64,000 nucleotides of DNA from Takakia lepidozioides (taxonomy: Eukaryota; Plantae; Bryophyta), in the NCBI GenBank assembly GCA_030704615.1, contig CM060731.1, positions 29,698,001 to 29,762,000 of the forward strand, read 5' to 3'. How positions within the stretch are numbered: the first letter of the stretch is position 1; every line of letters begins with the position of its first letter. Below are positions 58,901-64,000 of this stretch, piece by piece. The notes beneath the pieces are model-generated. The model saw only the letters and a list, made by a program, of their open reading frames with translations, was not told where the DNA came from and did no database searches. The translations under genes were made by a program, and so were the position numbers.

Positions 58901-61900
58901 TCATTCATGTACATGTGGCTGTATCAGGGACTTGTTTTTGTACTAATGTCAATCAGATCTTTCCAGTTACCCATGCGGAGCGTAACCTGACATGCTCACA
59001 AGTGGCAACTCTGAAAGCAGGTGCCTCCCAGTGCTCCTGAAGGAGGAGTGGGAGACATTGCTGGGAATGGAGCAGTGGTGGCCAATGGTGCTTCTTCAAA
59101 GTCAAGCGATGGGTTGCCTTATAATGTGATAGCAATTGGAAGCCAAGACTGCCATGTCAGTGTCTGGTCGACAGCAAGACCCCGCCCGATCTTCATCGGA
59201 AAACATTTTTTCACCCAAAGTGTGGCTGACCTGTCCTGGTAGGTTCTTGGATTTGGTGTGGAATGCTCTTCAGATGTGATTGTATGATCTGTCAAGAGGT
59301 GTTGAACATGCAGAACAAACCTCTCTTTCATCATGGTGGTCCAGTCTGCTTTCCTCCCCTCCCCTTTTTTCTGTGTCCAAACCGGGTACTTGTTGCATAG
59401 ATACACAGAAATGGCAAGCAGATTCTCATGAGGACATTGGCTTTATTCTCCTGTCTCACTCTTGTCTGGATTGTGCCTTTTTTTCACATACTTCCCAGTC
59501 TTTCACTCATTCATGTCCTACAAAGCTATTTTCAGATGAACTCTCATTGTGCTTTGCCCCAGGAGCCCAGATGGTTACACACTGTTTTGCTGCTCATTGG
59601 ACGGATCGGTAGCATCCTTCCAATTTGAGCCAAAAGAATTGGGCCAGAAGATCTCTGATAGAGAGATGGAGGAGTTCAAAAAGAGCCGTTATGGAGATGT
59701 TCGTGTGCGGCAGGTAAACCTTGAATTTTCGTTCCTGATGGCCTCACAGATTACAACCTACATATTTCACTACCACTCACGTGCTAATAGTGTACTGACA
59801 ACTGTTGACATGGGTTCCTAGTTGGTACATGCATTTCCTTACGATGCAAGTGTGATCCATTTGCTACATGCATTTGTGTTCTATAATACTTTTTGTCTCT
59901 CTTTTTCACATTGCATACACCCACACTTGTGAGAACTTGGGTTGTGAAGGGTAGTATGAAGACTTCCTGAATATTGTACATGACTTGCAGGTGACGTTGG
60001 CTGAAAGTCCAGCCCAGTTGGTGCTGGAGGCCACTGCAGCAAAGCGATGGGGGACTGCAAACCCGAACAAAGTTACTGAACCTGTTGGAGAGGCTCAAGG
60101 AAGTTCAGCTCGGAAGCTGCCCGCTACTGAGGCAGGCGATCGAAGTAGTACCCTGGTCACAAACGTTCCTGTCAAAACTAGCCCTGTGAAGCAGACAGAA
60201 TATCGACATCCTGATGGACGCCGACGGATCATCCCAGAGCCTTTGGGACTACCTTCCCACGAAGACCGATTGGTCAATGGAACGGTCCAGAATGTGAGAA
60301 CTGAAGTGCTCAACGGGAGCCCCCCTGGTTCTAGAAAGGATGTTGATATTAGAAAGGAGGATTCAGGGAGGGGTATTGTGCAGGATTTTCAAGCTGAAAA
60401 GAAGCGGAGGTTGCCTGAAGAGTGCACCAAGGTGGACTTGCCTCCAGCTAAACGAAGTACTGGAGTTGACCAGCCTTGCGGCCCAACTGCCCACTCTGGC
60501 ACCCCTGAAGTTGTCACAATGGGCTTGGGTATCAATGGTTTGGCTGGTTCTGCTCTTCAAAATGCCAGTCAAGTAGACATGGTCACTCCTGCTGAGAGAA
60601 CTAGAACTCCTGACGGAGTACTATCAATAAGGATCCAAGCACCAGAAACAGATGAAGCAGGTCCGTCAGGGGAAGCCCCTGTCAGCTTAGAGGCTAGGCC
60701 TGTCCAAACCTCCAATACTGATGGACCAGCAGGGCCCATGTTGATGAGAGAAAGCTCAGCCAAGGCAGAGATTGTCTGCTCACAAGGAGGAGAGGTTAGG
60801 TGGCATGACCACCTGGCAGCTGTGCCCACGGTCTTGGCTGGCAACTCCAATTTCTGGGCAGTGGCTTGTGCAGATGGTAGTTTACAGGTGATTTACTTAT
60901 CATTGGACTCAAGTATTGATTACACCTGTGTCGCTCTTTTACCCCTCCCAAATGCTCACATTTGCCCCTGCTTTTGGCCTCCCAACTGTGGATCTCTCTT
61001 CTTTGGAAATGAGTACTAGCTATGCTGACTAAACAAGTAAGAACAGCCAGGCTTGCCTCACAATTCAACTTTTAACTTACGGTCTGTTTCAGATTTACAC
61101 TAGGGCTGGGCGTAGAGCACAACCGAGTATGATGCTAGGGTCAGCAGCAGCTTTCATGGATTGTGACCAAGGCTGGAGACTATTGCTGGTCACATGTGGA
61201 GGTTCTCTACATCTCTGGGATCTACGGGAGTCGAATTGTATTCTTCAAGAGAGTCTGGGCCCTCTTCTGTCTTCCTCTTCTGCCAACACGTCGCTAAGAA
61301 ACAACAGTGAGTCTTCTTGCTCCCCTCATCTTAGGATTTAGCTTTTTTTCTCCTTCTTTCTGTCCTTAACTTACCCTCCTCCCTTTTAACAAGTGCACGC
61401 TGCCACTTTTTACCACACTGCAATGCTCATTTTTCAAGATGTTCATTGCTCTGGTTAACACATGATTGGAGACCTCATGGATTGTACAATTCAGCTTTCT
61501 CAAATATCACTGCTCTTGACTTACTGCTCTTGCAGATACTATCAAAGTAGTGTCAGCCAGGCTTTCGCAGGCAGGAGCGCCTCTTGTGGTGCTTGCCAAT
61601 CAACATGCATTCCTTTTCCACTTAAGTATGCGCTGCTGGCTAAGAGTTGCTGATGACGCGTTTCCAGCATCGAATTTCCTCACAACATGGCCAGAACAAG
61701 AAGGGGAGCTCACATCACTACAGGCAGGAGTTGCAAGGGCCGCTGGCGGAAGTTTCATCTGGAGCCGGTAACTTCTTTTGCACCAGTAATCTGTGTCTTC
61801 AACACAAGAATACTGAAGTTTTTTACTGTGGACTGAAGGTGAGAGGAGTCTCCATTCTCTCTCTCTCGGCCCTCGTACAGGAAGAGAGAAAGGTAGACAA

Positions 61901-63177
61901 CAGTGCATTGGCCACCGATGCATTGTCCATCATTTGTTTGATTTTCCATGCAAGACTCCCATGTGAGGTTGTTTAATCTGATCCCTTATTGGCATGGACA
62001 GAGCATCGTTGGGAGAGGAGAGATGGCAAACACGAGTGCATTTAGAAGTTAAGATGGGTGCTGCTCTAGCACTCAAATCTCCTTCTGAATATCGACGATG
62101 CCTTCTCGCATATACCCGCTGCCTTGCTAGGTGAGGTGCTTTGTTTAGTCACTACATGCTTATGGGTGTGGACAGTTGGATGTAGGAAAATGGATTCGAG
62201 TTATTGAAACCATGGAATACTTAACATGTATGTCCATGGAGATTTTATTCTTGAAACAAGTCTGATGCAGAAGAGCCTGTAGGCAGGATTGTAACTTCCA
62301 TGTTGTGTCAGAACATTGATGCTGTGGAGGCTCTGAAGACTCTGGAAGCGACGACCAATGTCCCAAAAGGACCCAGCATCTTAGACATCAGTAAACAGAC
62401 CCTCTGTGGAAGCTCATTCATACAGCTTATGATACACTGTGGGCATGTGTTTTGACTAGAGGATGATGGAAGTACCACACATCCCACGTCAGTATGTTTG
62501 TACCAAGGGTGTTGAAAAAGTGTATTTGTCAGGGAGGCAGATGAGGCACGGCTACGAGAACTCTGTGAAGAGCTGCTGGGCCCCGTGTATTTTTCTTCCG
62601 TGCTGGATGGTCCTTCAACCGACAACCAACAACAATGGCAACCTTGTATTCTTGTAAGAATTCTTCTGTTTCTAGGAAAAATTATGTGAATTTAAATAGA
62701 GAACTGACTTACACCATTTACATGGGCAGTCTCCTGTATAGCTGTTACTGTCGAAATCCAGTAACAGGTTTTATGCATGCATCACTTAATAGGTATCCAT
62801 GCACGTCTTAAGTGCTCTTTTCTTTTTGTGGGAGGGTTCATCATGAAACCACAGACCTAACAGCTTCTGCTACCTCTTAGGGGATAGAGATAGATTGCTA
62901 TCTTGCTTTTGTCTGTCTGACTGTATATGTCCATCTTGATTTGTATGTACATACCTTGAAATAGAGGTGGTGTTCCAGTGTGCATCGACAAGATGGATGT
63001 CTGTATGTTTAAAAGTGCAGATTGGCCTGTGTGCAGGGCATGAACAAACGAGAGCTACTTAAAATGGAAGTGTTGCCTGCAATGGCTTCTAACCGAGGTG
63101 TCCAACGGTTGCTAAATGAATTTGCGGATTTATTATCTGAGTGTGAAGCTCGACAACAGACCTCTATCCAACACTGA
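55951..63177 (+). CDS. HIRA: Histone chaperone HIRA (about 12 exons)
   Basis: [22 protein letters not shown]...ATAGGDHKV; WD40 repeats ([33 protein letters not shown]); B-domain [10 protein letters not shown]; C-terminal Hira domain ...[18 protein letters not shown]. Stop at 63175-63177. GT-AG introns. Confidence 0.95.
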
Positions 63178-63663
63178 GGAACAGTTGGTATTCACTCTGC
63201 AAATCCTAGAATCGTTCCAAATCACCATGGTGATCAACATTTTGTTGTGTCTGGGATTTGGCAACCAGATGTAAAGAGCATGCTGTAACCCTTATAAAGT
63301 GGCCATTGAGGCTGGCCTAAAGGAGAGATTGGCTTGTTGGCATTGGTGTATCGAGTAGTTAAGATGGTGGTTTGATGCTCTGGTTCCGAATTGGGGACTA
63401 TTTATTAATTTGAGAGAATAAATAAGTACCCAACAACAGTCTGGGGAATTTTTGAAGGTCAAGGAAATAGTGACAGTGGGAAAGACCAATAGGGAGGTAG
63501 GAACAGGGTGCACTAGAGCAACGCTGTGGAGCAATGGGATGAAGACTTGTGTCCAAGTGTAGGACTGCACATGTGGCACAGAGCAGACTTCTGGAAGGCT
63601 TTAGTGCCACTCGACAGGGAGCCACCGCCCTGATAAAGGAGGGGGAGGGCTGTGCCTTGCCAG

Positions 63664-63948
63664 TAGTGTTTTTATTTCTGGCGAAATTTCGCATTTTTTC
63701 GACCTCAAAAATCAAAATCGAATATTCTGTCGTAAATTCCCTATTTTCTCATGGATGAAATCGCCAAAATTCTCAGAAAGAAATATAAATCTTGGATGAA
63801 TTCGCCTAATATGGATGATATACATGGATGAAAGTACAGAGGAGGATGATTCTGTCCAATTTCAGTGGATGAGCAGAAAATATGGCTATTTCCTGCAAAA
63901 CTCAGTAGCCAGTCCTGTTCTTTTGCAAATTTGAAAAAAAAAACACTG
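63664..63948. mobile_element. hAT-like MITE (same family as 49349-49619)
   Basis: Internal homology to 49349-49619, TAGTG...CACTG ends, and TSD CTTGCCAG / CTTGCAAG (1 mismatch). Confidence 0.75.
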
Positions 63949-64000
63949 CTTGCAAGGCCTCTCCCGCCTCCAGCTTACTAGCTAATCTGCACGCATGGAG

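Overview
Eukaryotic, intron-containing land-plant DNA. It is most likely a non-seed plant such as a moss, inferred from gene style and an 18S fragment. All domain calls are by eye from motifs, not from searches. The left half (1-32.7 kb) is a nested and rearranged transposon cluster. The right half holds host genes: PPR and OSB fragments, a GH32 invertase pseudogene, a BCS1-like AAA-ATPase, tRNA-Gln, RAD51C and HIRA, plus small MITEs and TE relics. Main discovery: two divergent members of one ~12-13 kb Mutator-like (MULE DDE + SWIM) transposon family share a fixed architecture. The order is a GGGGGG-starting left end, a large spliced cargo gene on the opposite strand, the transposase head-to-head with it, and a CA-ending right end. 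The cargo gene encodes a ParB/Srx-like domain (VWDGNHRLLAW) fused to a prokaryote-type permuted beta-class N6A/N4C DNA-methyltransferase fold. Each element also carries its own tandem arrays of long palindromes, inside cargo introns and, in element 2, also between the genes and downstream of the transposase. This suggests a self-recognition, self-marking or anti-silencing module (ParB/parS-like, or analogous to VANDAL/VANC). Target-site duplications allow a reconstruction. Element 1 inserted into the last cargo intron of element 2 (TSD GTAAGAAC), and element 2 inserted into the 3' LTR of a chromovirus (Ty3/gypsy, TSD CACTC). The block ~18045-28760 is inverted and displaced relative to the rest, either by real rearrangement or by misassembly.
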